From NCBI GenBank assembly GCA_965215365.1, contig CBDCDS010000003.1, forward strand, positions 1,728,001 through 1,792,000: 64,000 nt of DNA, in the 5' to 3' direction. The notes under the pieces are model-generated. The model did not search any database, was not told the DNA's origin, and worked only from the letters and a program-made list of their open reading frames with translations. The stretch is from Gammaproteobacteria bacterium. Lineage in GTDB: Bacteria; Pseudomonadota; Gammaproteobacteria; Eutrophobiales; Eutrophobiaceae. Each line of letters begins with the position of its first letter. Within the stretch, counting starts at the first letter, position 1. This document shows, in pieces, positions 22,430-32,100 of the stretch. The position numbers and the translations under genes are program-made.

Positions 22430-23947
22430 CTACTCGCCCCCCTTACCCTGATCTTTTGTTCTGATCTGGTTTTTCTTAACCGTTTTATTTTTGAGCGGTT
22501 TTTCCACCATGGTGGCGGCGTCTCCCTTGAGTGCTATCTCGATGGCGGCGAGGGGATTGTAGCCCTTCAGGGTCATAGACTGCAAGTAGCTGGAGATGCG
22601 GCAGTAGGTGTCGGCGTAGGCGGTGGTTCGGAAGCAGCCGGAGACTTTTTGTTTGACTTTAGCCATACGGATATCGCGTTCGGCGCGGTTGTTGGTGAAC
22701 GGCACGTTGGGGTCGCGGGCGAAGCGGAGGACTTCGGTTTCGTACTTGACGAGGGCATCATGGAGGTTTTGTGCCTCACATTGGGCAATCCGTCCGCGTT
22801 GGCCGGTGAGCCGTTTCGGGGGTGTGGGGAGTTCCCGTTTGGCTTGTGTCAGGATAGTCCGGTAGCGGGTGCGCAGGGACTGGTAGTCGGTCTCGCTGAG
22901 TGCCTTGTTTTTATGTGTGCGCACCTGTCGGCAGGTCTTGAGCAGGAGGCGGCTCATACGTTGGGCCCAGGCATGGCCGTGGGCGTCCTCGATAAAGGCC
23001 AAGTTACGCAACAGGTGACTGCCGCACAGGGCATGCTCGCAGTTGTCATAGGCGAAGTAGCTGGCCCAGCGGTCGTGCACGAGAACACCGCCGTAGCGGG
23101 GGACGATGCCGATGTCCTTGAGGGCGTCCCCGCCCCGCTTGCGGTGGCAGTGTTTCAGTACCAGGTTCCCGGCACTGGTGCTGTGCAGCCAGTGTTGTGT
23201 GCGGTCGATGCGCAAGGAGGTCTCATCGGCGTGCAGCACGGGCTCTGTGAGCAGGCGGGCGATAGCCGCCCGCTCCCACCCGGCCAGGGCCTCATGCACC
23301 CGCGTGAGCCAGGCCAGTAAGGTCGCCTCGGCGACGGCGCGCCCGGTCAGTGCATGAAGTGTCTGCGCCGTACGTTTGAGCGAGAGCATTTGGGCCGTTA
23401 ACAGGTGCGTGGCGAAAGCCACGATGCCAGGGCCGTATTGTAAAGGCCCCGGCATGTCATCGGGAAACGCCCCGTGGGTCTCAGTGCCACAGCGCGGACA
23501 GGTTTTTATCTCGGCGTCAATGGTCAACTCGGTCGTCTCGAAGACTATATCGACCTTGACTCGTCGCACATGGCCGGTGGGGGCGGTGCCTTTGAGATCA
23601 TGCCCGCAGGCCCGGCAGCCGGTCACGGGCACCGTGCGGGTCTGAGCCACCACGCGCCGGGACGCGCTGGGCACCGTCCCGGTCTGCGGCCCCTTGCCCT
23701 GCTTGCCGGGCCGTGTGCGCGCACTGTCATCGGGGTCGGTGCGGGAACTGGGCAGGCTGGAGTTGTGCGCCCCCTTCGGTGTGGTCTTCTCTAAGAACAC
23801 CGCCAGCAGCAACTCGAATAGCAGCAACATCGACTCGAACAGCGCACGCCCTTCGGGACTCAGCGCGCCGTCGGCGCACAACGCCTTAAAACGCATTCGG
23901 ATGGCCTCGAACTCCGCACGCAATGAGGCCTTGTTCACCGTGGCCAT
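22430..23947 (-). CDS. IS66 family DDE transposase
   Basis: NSSLPSS, CxxC..CxxC zinc finger, LHADET, LVHDRW, CGSHLLR, FTNNRAERDIRMAKVKQKVSGCFR. Confidence 0.93.
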   Translation of the reverse strand: MATVNKASLRAEFEAIRMRFKALCADGALSPEGRALFESMLLLFELLLAVFLEKTTPKGAHNSSLPSSRTDPDDSARTRPGKQGKGPQTGTVPSASRRVVAQTRTVPVTGCRACGHDLKGTAPTGHVRRVKVDIVFETTELTIDAEIKTCPRCGTETHGAFPDDMPGPLQYGPGIVAFATHLLTAQMLSLKRTAQTLHALTGRAVAEATLLAWLTRVHEALAGWERAAIARLLTEPVLHADETSLRIDRTQHWLHSTSAGNLVLKHCHRKRGGDALKDIGIVPRYGGVLVHDRWASYFAYDNCEHALCGSHLLRNLAFIEDAHGHAWAQRMSRLLLKTCRQVRTHKNKALSETDYQSLRTRYRTILTQAKRELPTPPKRLTGQRGRIAQCEAQNLHDALVKYETEVLRFARDPNVPFTNNRAERDIRMAKVKQKVSGCFRTTAYADTYCRISSYLQSMTLKGYNPLAAIEIALKGDAATMVEKPLKNKTVKKNQIRTKDQGKGGE

Positions 23948-24615
23948 GTGCACTGTGCCTCCACCGCCATCATCGCCGCCAGCACCGCCAGCCGCTCGGC
24001 CGGGGGCAAGTCACGATAACGCCGCCCCCAGTTCTCAGCCTTGCGCTTGACCTGCTGGCGGTGCGTGAAGTTGCGCCCCGCATAGCGCACCCAGTGCACC
24101 CGGTCCGGCACAAAATTGAACCAGACCCGCTCGGTCACCACCCCGCCCTGATTCATCACCTGCAAGGACACACTGCGCCAGCCCGCCAGCACCTCATCAT
24201 ACAAGGCCGAAGGATACCCCGACACCATCACCGCACAGGGCAGCCCCTGCAGTAACGCCAGCAGCGCCTCATGGTCTGAGTCCTCGTAGTCATACCGGTA
24301 ACGGTGCCGTGACTTGCGCGTGCTGTGCAGGTAGGGCGGGTCGCTGTACACCAACTCCGTGCCGTCAAACGGAAAAGTCGCCAACCAGCGGTGACAACAC
24401 CCCTGCACCAACTCCACCGGATACCTACACGTAAACCCCGCCAACGCCCGCACATCAAGATCAATCCCAATGTTGCGCAACGCCGCCGGCTTGCGCTGCA
24501 TAATCGCCCCGCCGCCTAAGTGTGTCTCAATGTACACACTGTGCGGCGGCATCATCGCAATGAGCGGCTGGCACAGACCCGTCGTGGCTTTCGACCCTCG
24601 GTACGCATTCCCCAT
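23935..24615 (-). CDS. Dam/D12-class N6-adenine DNA methyltransferase (IS passenger)
   Basis: YRGSK (motif X), YIETHLGGGA (motif I), VYSDPPY (motif IV), MVSGY, ERVWFNF. Confidence 0.85.
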   Translation of the reverse strand: MGNAYRGSKATTGLCQPLIAMMPPHSVYIETHLGGGAIMQRKPAALRNIGIDLDVRALAGFTCRYPVELVQGCCHRWLATFPFDGTELVYSDPPYLHSTRKSRHRYRYDYEDSDHEALLALLQGLPCAVMVSGYPSALYDEVLAGWRSVSLQVMNQGGVVTERVWFNFVPDRVHWVRYAGRNFTHRQQVKRKAENWGRRYRDLPPAERLAVLAAMMAVEAQCTWPR

Positions 24616-24760
24616 GACGACCAACATAACGCCATGACGCTATGTTGTCAAGGACGCCTTGACAAAAAATTCAGTAGAATTAGAGGGAGGGGGCGAGTAG
24701 TTACTCGGGTAGTTAAGTGTGTAAAGTCATTTCGATTAACTTACACAGGAGGACTACCCG

Positions 24761-25165
24761 ATGCAGATCAAAAGGTAAGCGGGTGAAATCATATCGCAGT
24801 TGGCGCATTGATGCTACTACCGATACGACCGCACTCGGTCGTTTGCAGCAGTTAAAATGGGTTGCGAGGTTACGCGAGGAGGGGTGTAGTGAGGCGCCGG
24901 CACTGGCAGCAGTAGGTTGGTCGAGGGCGACCTACTACCGTTGGTTGAAGCGGTATCGTGAACATGGGCTGAGGGGTCTGGGGTGTGCCTCTCGTGCGCC
25001 GCGGCTCAGTTCTATCCGTTCTACGAAGGACCCCTGACCGTGGCCGCCATTAACCGGAAACCGGCAGAGTATCAGCAGCACTACAACACCTGCCGCCCGC
25101 ATGACGGTATTGGTTTATTGATCCCAATGGAGTATTATCAACAACTCACACAGCCTGACCCATGA
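24761..25165 (+). pseudogene. internally deleted IS481-like transposase remnant
   Basis: Early stop; HTH GWSRATYYRWLKRYREHGLRGL..SRAPR joined out of frame to C-terminal YQQHYNTCRPHDGIG; catalytic core missing. Confidence 0.75.
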
Positions 25166-25170
25166 GTCTC

Positions 25171-25397
25171 ATGGCCACCTCTAAAAATTAGAGGTGGCCA
25201 TGCAGCATAGGGACATGCTGCCATTTTTAAGCATGTAAGTGCTTGAAAATGAAGGAAACGGAAAATCACACTTTTCCGTTTCCGTCTCACAAATCTGTTT
25301 GGAACAGATTTGGACATCCACAGGATGCCCGCAGGGGGCGTCCCAAGGATGGGACGCATCAAAAAATACCACGGAGGGTATTTTTAGAGGTTCCCTT
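25171..25397 (+). mobile_element. MITE-like element with family A ends and multiple internal hairpins
   Basis: Ends ACCTCTAAAAAT and ATTTTTAGAGGT; internal hairpins at 25202-25221, about 25253-25283, 25290-25312, 25338-25357 and 25362-25385. Confidence 0.7.
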
Positions 25398-25438
25398 AAA
25401 GGCACCATCTGAAAATAAAATACCAATGGAGGGGGCAC

Positions 25439-26920
25439 GTGCTATCAGCAGTTGAAGCAACCAGAGTAAAACTATCAAAGACTATCGAGGCGACCAAAAA
25501 GTCAGCTTTAGGCCAGTTTCTTACACCAGTAAACACTGCTGCTTTTATGGCTGGTCTTTTTCCTGACGGGGGAGGTTATTGCCGTTTACTTGATGCAGGC
25601 GCTGGAATTGGTTCGCTTTCTGCTGCTTTTCTGGAACGGTGGAACGCTGCTGGTTTTCATTTCCAAAGCGTAGAGTTGGACGCTTTCGAGATTGACGATT
25701 CGCTGCCTGTGTATCTGGATCAAACACTGGAAAAATATAAAAATATTCCGGGTTTTGTCTCAACAATCAGAAAAATGGATTTCATTCATGCTGCGACTGA
25801 GTGGCTCTCTGGAAGTTTTTTTGCAGAAGATTTCCAGCAATATACACATGCCATCCTTAATCCACCTTATAAAAAGATCAACAGCAATTCGCCGCATCGG
25901 TTGGCCCTGCGCCGTGTCGGTATTGAGACGGTTAATTTGTATTCAGCCTTTGTGGCACTGAGTGTAGCGTTGTGTGCTCCAAAGGGACAAATTGTGGCAA
26001 TCATTCCCCGTAGTTTCTGTAACGGACCATATTATCGTCCATTCCGTGATTTCATCCTTACTCGCACAGCTATTCGTCATCTGCACTTATTCGAATCCCG
26101 CGACAAAGCATTCAGGGACGATAACGTGCTACAGGAAAATATTATCATCAGACTCGAATGTGGTGCAGAACAAGGGCTGGTAACGGTTTCCACCTCTGTT
26201 GATGATACTTTTACGGACCTGACAGCCCGTAGTTTTCCATTTGACCAAATCGTGTCTCCAGACGATTCAGAACGTTTTATTCATGTGCCGTCATCTCTCC
26301 CAGACGGCATAAAACCCACCCCGGCCATTCGCCATACCCTTGCCGATCTTGGCCTCAGTGTTTCCACTGGCCCGGTAGTTGACTTCCGGCTGAAAAAGTA
26401 TTTGCGCAACATGCCGGAACCAGTGTGCGTTCCCTTGCTTTACCCTCGCCATTTTAATGGTTGCAATACTATCTGGCCGGCTCTTGATGCGAAGAAACCA
26501 AATGCTATCCTGCATAATGGCATTACTGAAAAATGGTTATTCCCAAGCGGTTATTATTGCGTGGTTCGTCGTTTTTCGTCCAAGGAAGAAAAACGGCGAA
26601 TAGTGGCAAGTGTAGTGAACCCTGAGGTCTTTGGTGATGCGACATTGCTCGGCTTCGAAAACCATTTGAACCTGTTTCATGAAAATAAGAGCGGTTTGCC
26701 AAAAGCGCTGGCATACGGATTATCGGTATTCCTCAACTCAACCCCTGTGGACGAAAATTTTCGGCGGTTCAGCGGCCACACTCAAGTCAATGCCACTGAT
26801 CTCAGACTGATAAAATATCCCAGCCGTAACAGGCTGATTGAACTTGGAAAGTGTGCCATGCAACACGGGAACCTCTCACAGGCCGTAATTGATGACAAAG
26901 TGTGCACACTTACCACATGA
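25439..26920 (+). CDS. type II N6-adenine methyltransferase, M.PstI/M.BsuBI (Eco57I-domain) type
   Basis: GQFLTP, LDAGAGIG, NPPY, TVNLYSAF, FCNGPYY, RRFSSKEE, FSGHTQVNATDL. Confidence 0.9.
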   Translation: MLSAVEATRVKLSKTIEATKKSALGQFLTPVNTAAFMAGLFPDGGGYCRLLDAGAGIGSLSAAFLERWNAAGFHFQSVELDAFEIDDSLPVYLDQTLEKYKNIPGFVSTIRKMDFIHAATEWLSGSFFAEDFQQYTHAILNPPYKKINSNSPHRLALRRVGIETVNLYSAFVALSVALCAPKGQIVAIIPRSFCNGPYYRPFRDFILTRTAIRHLHLFESRDKAFRDDNVLQENIIIRLECGAEQGLVTVSTSVDDTFTDLTARSFPFDQIVSPDDSERFIHVPSSLPDGIKPTPAIRHTLADLGLSVSTGPVVDFRLKKYLRNMPEPVCVPLLYPRHFNGCNTIWPALDAKKPNAILHNGITEKWLFPSGYYCVVRRFSSKEEKRRIVASVVNPEVFGDATLLGFENHLNLFHENKSGLPKALAYGLSVFLNSTPVDENFRRFSGHTQVNATDLRLIKYPSRNRLIELGKCAMQHGNLSQAVIDDKVCTLTT

Positions 26921-27876
26921 ATGACAAGCACGATTATATCAGGGCCGCAAATGAGATCATCGTCTCGCTGGGCTTGCCGGGAACTCAACAAAACGAACGC
27001 TCTGCCCTTTGCTTGCTGGCTTTACTAAACCTCACTCCTGGCAAGGCATGGTCTGAAGCGGAAGACCCGCTTATGGGCATTACTCCCATTATGGATTGGG
27101 TGCGAGAGCGCTATGGCAAAGAATATGCGCCAAATACCCGAGAGACTATCCGTCGTCAAACAATGCACCAGTTTTGTGATGCAGGTATTGCACGTTATAA
27201 CCCGGATCAACCAGACCGTCCGGTAAACAGTCCACATGCAGTCTATCAAATCGAACCTGTTGCGCTGGGCCTGCTGCGTACTTTCGGCACAGATGAATGG
27301 AATGGCAATCTGAGCGGTTATCTTGCTGAACGTGAAACTTTGGTGGCCCGCTACGCCAAAGAGAGAGAACAAAATCGTATTCCGGTAAAAATCACACCAA
27401 ATACGGAAATAACACTGAGCCCCGGCGAACACAGCGAACTGCTCCGCGCTATCATCGATCATTTCATCCCTCGCTTCGCACCGGGCGGTTTGCTGATCTA
27501 TGTTGGTGACACCGGAGACAAGTGGGGTTACTTCGATATCGACTTGCTGGCAGAACTCGGTATAGAAGTAGATTCACATGGCAAAATGCCGGATGTGATT
27601 ATCTATTACAAAGAGAAAAATTGGCTGTTTCTGGTTGAAGCAGTTACCAGTCATGGTCCCGTCGATGGCAAGAGACATGACGAACTTACCAATCTTTTTG
27701 CCGCGTCAAAAGCAGGTTTGGTTTACGTAACCGCTTTCCCAAACCGTGCCGCCATGGGCAGGTATCTCGTTCAAATTGCTTGGGAAACGGAGGTGTGGGT
27801 AGCCGATGCTCCATCACACCTGATTCACTTTAATGGCCTGCGTTTTCTGGGGCCGTACGAGGTTGATCCAGAATAA
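26917..27876 (+). CDS. BsuBI/PstI family type II restriction endonuclease
   Basis: QNERSALCLLAL, YAPNTRETIRRQTMHQF, HGKMPDV, EAVTSHGP, IAWETEVW; ATGA overlap with the MTase. Confidence 0.92.
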   Translation: MNDKHDYIRAANEIIVSLGLPGTQQNERSALCLLALLNLTPGKAWSEAEDPLMGITPIMDWVRERYGKEYAPNTRETIRRQTMHQFCDAGIARYNPDQPDRPVNSPHAVYQIEPVALGLLRTFGTDEWNGNLSGYLAERETLVARYAKEREQNRIPVKITPNTEITLSPGEHSELLRAIIDHFIPRFAPGGLLIYVGDTGDKWGYFDIDLLAELGIEVDSHGKMPDVIIYYKEKNWLFLVEAVTSHGPVDGKRHDELTNLFAASKAGLVYVTAFPNRAAMGRYLVQIAWETEVWVADAPSHLIHFNGLRFLGPYEVDPE

Positions 27877-27910
27877 GTTTGGCGTTGAAATTTTCTGAGA
27901 ACTTATCGAT

Positions 27911-28279
27911 ATGAGGTTCATGGGTATTGAACCTGAACACATCAGCCCTATCCCCGTGGATGAAGGCGGTGGTTATCTGATTTCTTTTCCCGATTTGCCG
28001 GGATGTATGGCAGATGGAGAGAGTATTGAAGACGCCGTATCAGAAGCACGTGATGCGTTCAAGGCATGGATGATGGCGGAACTGGAAGATCAGACAACAG
28101 TGCCTGCGCCCAAGACTTACAGCGGCCAGTTTGTCCAACGCATCCCGAAAAGTCTGCACTTGCAACTCGCTAAATGCGCGGAAAATGAAGGGGTCAGCCT
28201 GAATCAACTAACGGCTACTTTACTGGCGCAGGGAGTGGTGCGTTTAACTCAACCAAACACCGTTGAAAATACTGCGTAA
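27911..28279 (+). CDS. hicB: HicB family antitoxin (no adjacent hicA)
   Basis: GGGYLISFPDLPGCMADGESIEDA; C-terminal RHH YSGQFVQRIPKSLH..EGVSLNQ. Confidence 0.85.
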   Translation: MRFMGIEPEHISPIPVDEGGGYLISFPDLPGCMADGESIEDAVSEARDAFKAWMMAELEDQTTVPAPKTYSGQFVQRIPKSLHLQLAKCAENEGVSLNQLTATLLAQGVVRLTQPNTVENTA

Positions 28280-28284
28280 CTGAA

Positions 28285-28328
28285 GGTAACCTCTAAAAAT
28301 ACCCTCCGTGGTATTTTTAGAGGTTACC
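28285..28328. repeat. family A palindrome, long form
   Basis: Perfect 19-bp arms GGTAACCTCTAAAAATACC-CTCCGT-GGTATTTTTAGAGGTTACC. Confidence 0.9.
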
Positions 28329-28392
28329 ATAACTTATTGAGAGTAATCATGTTTCACAAGGCAACAAGCGACTTGGTGAGATCTGCGGGTTA
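28329..28392 (+). repeat. truncated MITE family B (right end)
   Basis: ATAACTTATTGAGAGTAATCATGTTTCACAAGGCAACAAGCGACTTGGTGAGATCTGCGGGTTA. Confidence 0.85.
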
Positions 28393-28406
28393 GAGGGTCC
28401 CGCAAG

Positions 28407-28838
28407 TTAAACCACCTCCGGCAGCACGGTAAAGCCTTCCCGGTGTGCAGCCTGACGCAGGCTGTTGTTGAAGGAGACGAAGCCGCGGTTGTCAGTGGCA
28501 CCCTGGCACCACTGCAGCGCGGCGGCCAGTTGCAGGGCGTCTGTTGTTGCCAGGGCGTGTACTGCCAGTAGCCGTTCCGCCCGGCGGCGCAGCGCTTCGT
28601 GTGGTTGAATTTCTGCCCACACCTGTGCTAGGACATTTAATACCCGGCGTGCGGCGTGCTCACCGGCGGCTGTCAGGTCTTCGGTTTTTGTCTGTTGCGC
28701 CAGTGCCGAGCTGCATTCGATACGCGTTCCCCACCAGACTATGAGGCAGGTGTCGGCAGTGAGCAGCTCCCGTACTATCGTTGAATTCGGTTCATGGACG
28801 CACAGGGGTATGATGGCTGAAGTATCCCAGAATTTCAC
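28407..28838 (-). CDS. vapC: VapC PIN-domain toxin
   Basis: MKFWDTSAIIPL, WWGTRIECSSAL, DALQLAAAL. Confidence 0.88.
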   Translation of the reverse strand: MKFWDTSAIIPLCVHEPNSTIVRELLTADTCLIVWWGTRIECSSALAQQTKTEDLTAAGEHAARRVLNVLAQVWAEIQPHEALRRRAERLLAVHALATTDALQLAAALQWCQGATDNRGFVSFNNSLRQAAHREGFTVLPEVV

Positions 28839-29125
28839 CGGCCTTGTTCCCGCTCCCGTGAAACCCTGAGCCGGACCTTGGCATCGGGGTCGCTGGGACG
28901 AGATAAATCCCAGAAATCAGTCGGCAAAGGCGCCCGCGGGCGTTGCAGTTGCCCTCTGTTTTCCATTTCCAGCAGGTGCTTGGACAACGGCACCACCTCT
29001 TCGATCGGCGCGACGCGGACGACGGTGCGACCACGTTCGGTTATCAGCAATTCCTCGCCGCCCTTGACCTGACGCATATAGGCGCTGATGAGCGCCTTGA
29101 AACTGGTGACGGTTGTAACCTGCAT
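28835..29125 (-). CDS. Phd/YefM family antitoxin
   Basis: FKALISAYMRQVKGGEELLITERGRTVVRV; 4-nt overlap with vapC. Confidence 0.85.
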   Translation of the reverse strand: MQVTTVTSFKALISAYMRQVKGGEELLITERGRTVVRVAPIEEVVPLSKHLLEMENRGQLQRPRAPLPTDFWDLSRPSDPDAKVRLRVSREREQGR

Positions 29126-29149
29126 ACTATCGCCGGGTCAATCGAAACA

Positions 29150-32100
29150 TCAACCCACCCAGGCCCTGGCGTTGTGGAACATCCGCATCCAGGGGCTGTC
29201 GGGGCCGGGATGGGGGTGGGCGACCCAGGACAGCTGTTGGGTCAGGAAGACCCGTTCCGGGTGTGGCATGAGAATGGTGAAACGGCCGTCGGCGCTGGTG
29301 AACCCGGTGAGACCGCCGGGGGAACCGTTGGGGTTGCCGGGGTAGGTTTCGGTGACTGCGCCATGGTTGTCAACGAAGCGCATCACCGCGCCGGCCAGGG
29401 TTGCCGGGTCGGGCTGCACAGCCCCTGCGACGGCAACCCGGCCTTCTCCGTGCGCCACCACGATGGGTAGTCTGGCGCCGCTCATATCGCGGAAGAACAG
29501 GGAAGGGGAGTCCAGGATTTCCACCATGACTACCCGGGATTCAAACTGCTCGGAGCGGTTGCGGACAAACGCCGGCCAGTGCGCGGCGCCGGGGATTATG
29601 GCACGTAGGCGCGTCAGCATCTGGCAGCCATTGCAGACTCCCAGGCCGAAGCTGTCGGGGCGTTGAAAGAAACGTTCGAACTCGTCTCGCAACCGTTCGT
29701 TGTAGAGAATTGAACCGGCCCAGCCGCCCCCGGCGCCGAGTACATCGCCGTAGGAAAATCCGCCGCAGGCCACCAGGCCGGTCAGTGGCTGCAGCGTTGC
29801 GGCGCCGGTGATGAGGTCGTGCATGTTGATATCAATGCAATCGAAACCGGCGCGGTCGAACGCTGCGGCCATTTCCACCTGGCCGTTCACGCCCTGTTCA
29901 CGCAGGATGCCGAGCGCAGGTCTGGTGCGGTGCCGCGCTGGCGTTGCAGTCTTGCCCCAAACTGTCGCGGAAAACCTGGTTTTGGAAAATCCGCCGGCAG
30001 TGGCCGGCGCCAGCTCTGCCGCAGCCATCGTTATGCCGGACGCTGTCGGTGCCGGCTGCGGCTGTTGTGCAGCCTGTTCCCGGCTGGTCGGCATGATTGA
30101 CAATCCGGGGTCGTGCTCGTCCTGTAACCCGGCAAACTCTTCATCCGCACAGTCGGGATTGTCCCGCAAGCGTTGCAGGTGGTAGCTGGTGAGTGACCAG
30201 AGCCGGTGCAGTTCACTCAATCTGGCGGAATAGCTCAGCTGCCCCAGGTGTTTGACCGTCAACTCCCTGTTTTCACTGGGTTGGGCAACGGTGCTCAGGC
30301 TGGCGGCCGGCAGGCCGGATTGCAGCAGCGTCTTTCGCACCCGCTGCAGGTGTGCCGCGCGCACTTGCAGCACGAGGCCGGGTTCTTCGTTGAACAGAAA
30401 GGCCGTTAAGTCCGCATCTTCAACTTCAATGTCCAGCCCGCAACGTCCGGCCAACGCCATTTCACACAAGGTGACGAACACGCCGCCATCGGAACGATCG
30501 TGACAGGCCAGGATATAGCCGGTTTCGTTCAGCAGCTGCATGCCGTTAAAACAGGCTGCCAACAGCACTGGGTTATCCAGGTCGGGAGTGACTGTGTCGG
30601 TGCGCGCGGTGACTTGCGCCAGCGCCGAACCGCCCAGACGGTTTTGTCCCAGACCCAGGTCGATCAGCAGCAGCCGGGTGTCTGTGTCCCGCTGCAACTG
30701 CGGCGTCAGGGTTTTGCCTACATCTGCAACAGGCGCGTAGGCGGTGATAGTCAATGACAGCGGTGCGCTGACCCGTTGTTGCTTGTTATCTTGCGTCCAG
30801 GCCACGCTCATGGACATGGAATCCTTGCCTACCGGAATGGGGATGCGCAACTGTTGCGCCAGCGTCGAGACCGCGGCCACGGTCGCATACAATGCCGCCT
30901 GCTCGCTCGGGTCATTGGCTGCGGCCATCCAGTTGGCAGACAGGGCCAGTTCCTCCAGGCGCAGGATGCGGGTGCCGCACAGGTTGGTCACGGCTTCCGC
31001 CACGGCCAGCCGTGCGGAGGCCGGCGCATTGTGGACGGCCACAGCTGGACGCTCGCCTAACGCCATAGCCTCGCCGCTACAGGCGCCGAAGCCGGCGGCG
31101 GTGACTGCGCAGTCCGCAACCGGAGTCTGCCAGGGGCCGACCATCTGGTCGCGCGTCACCAGACCGGAGACACTGCGGTCGCCGATGGTGATCAGGAAGC
31201 GCTTATCTGCCACGGCGGGCAGTTGCAGCACCCGGGCGATGACCTCATGCAGCGCGCTGTCTGATGCTGGCGTTGCGCTGGCAATCCGGGCTGAAGCAGC
31301 TGTCAGACTCGACCAATCGGCGGTGCCGGCCAGCGCCGGTGACGTTTCCCGTCGGTCAGGTCGGGCCGCGGTGTTCGTGTCGCCTGCTCCCGTGTAGAGC
31401 TCCACCCGGAACGATAACCCTGGAGTTTTGCCGAGTAGCAGATCCAGCGGCACATCCATCGGTGTCGTGCCGTTGTCTCGGTCGATAACCAGCAGTTGTC
31501 CGCTGTCATTGGTCTCACCAATCACCGCGCAGGGCGCCCGCTCCCGTTCACACAGGGCCATAAAGCGTGGCACCGCCGCCGCCGGCAGGGCCAGCACGTA
31601 GCGTTCCTGTGCTTCATTGCACCACAGTTCCATGGGGGACAGGCTGCGGTCGGCGCTGGGCAGCGCGCGCAGGTCGATGCGGGCGCCGATGCGTCCCTGA
31701 TGCACCAGTTCCGGCAGGGCATTGGACAGGCCGCCGGCGCCCACATCGTGGATGGACAGTATCGGGTTGGCCGCGCCCAGCGCCCAGCACTGATCGATGA
31801 CTTCCTGGCAGCGGCGCTGTATTTCTGCATTATCCCGTTGCACCGAGGCGAAATCCAGTTCCTCGCTGCTGGCGCCCGCGGTCATGGAGGACGCGGCGCC
31901 GCCGCCCAGGCCGATGAGCATGGCCGGCCCACCCAGTGCCAGGATACTGCAACCTGCCGTGAGCGCCTGTTTGTGGATGTGCGGCGGCCGCACCACGCCA
32001 TAGCCGCCGGCCAGCATGACCGGTTTATGGTAGCCGCGCATGACACCGGTGGCGTTATCGCGCTGCTCGAAAGTGCGAAAATAACCGGCCAGGGCCGGGC

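Larger units (their letters stand above)
22426..24704 (-). mobile_element. IS66-family (ISBst12-like, single transposase) element carrying a DNA methyltransferase
   Basis: 16-bp TIR GTAACTACTCGCCCCC at both ends; 8-bp direct repeat TCGGGTAG at 22418-22425 and 24705-24712. Confidence 0.93.
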
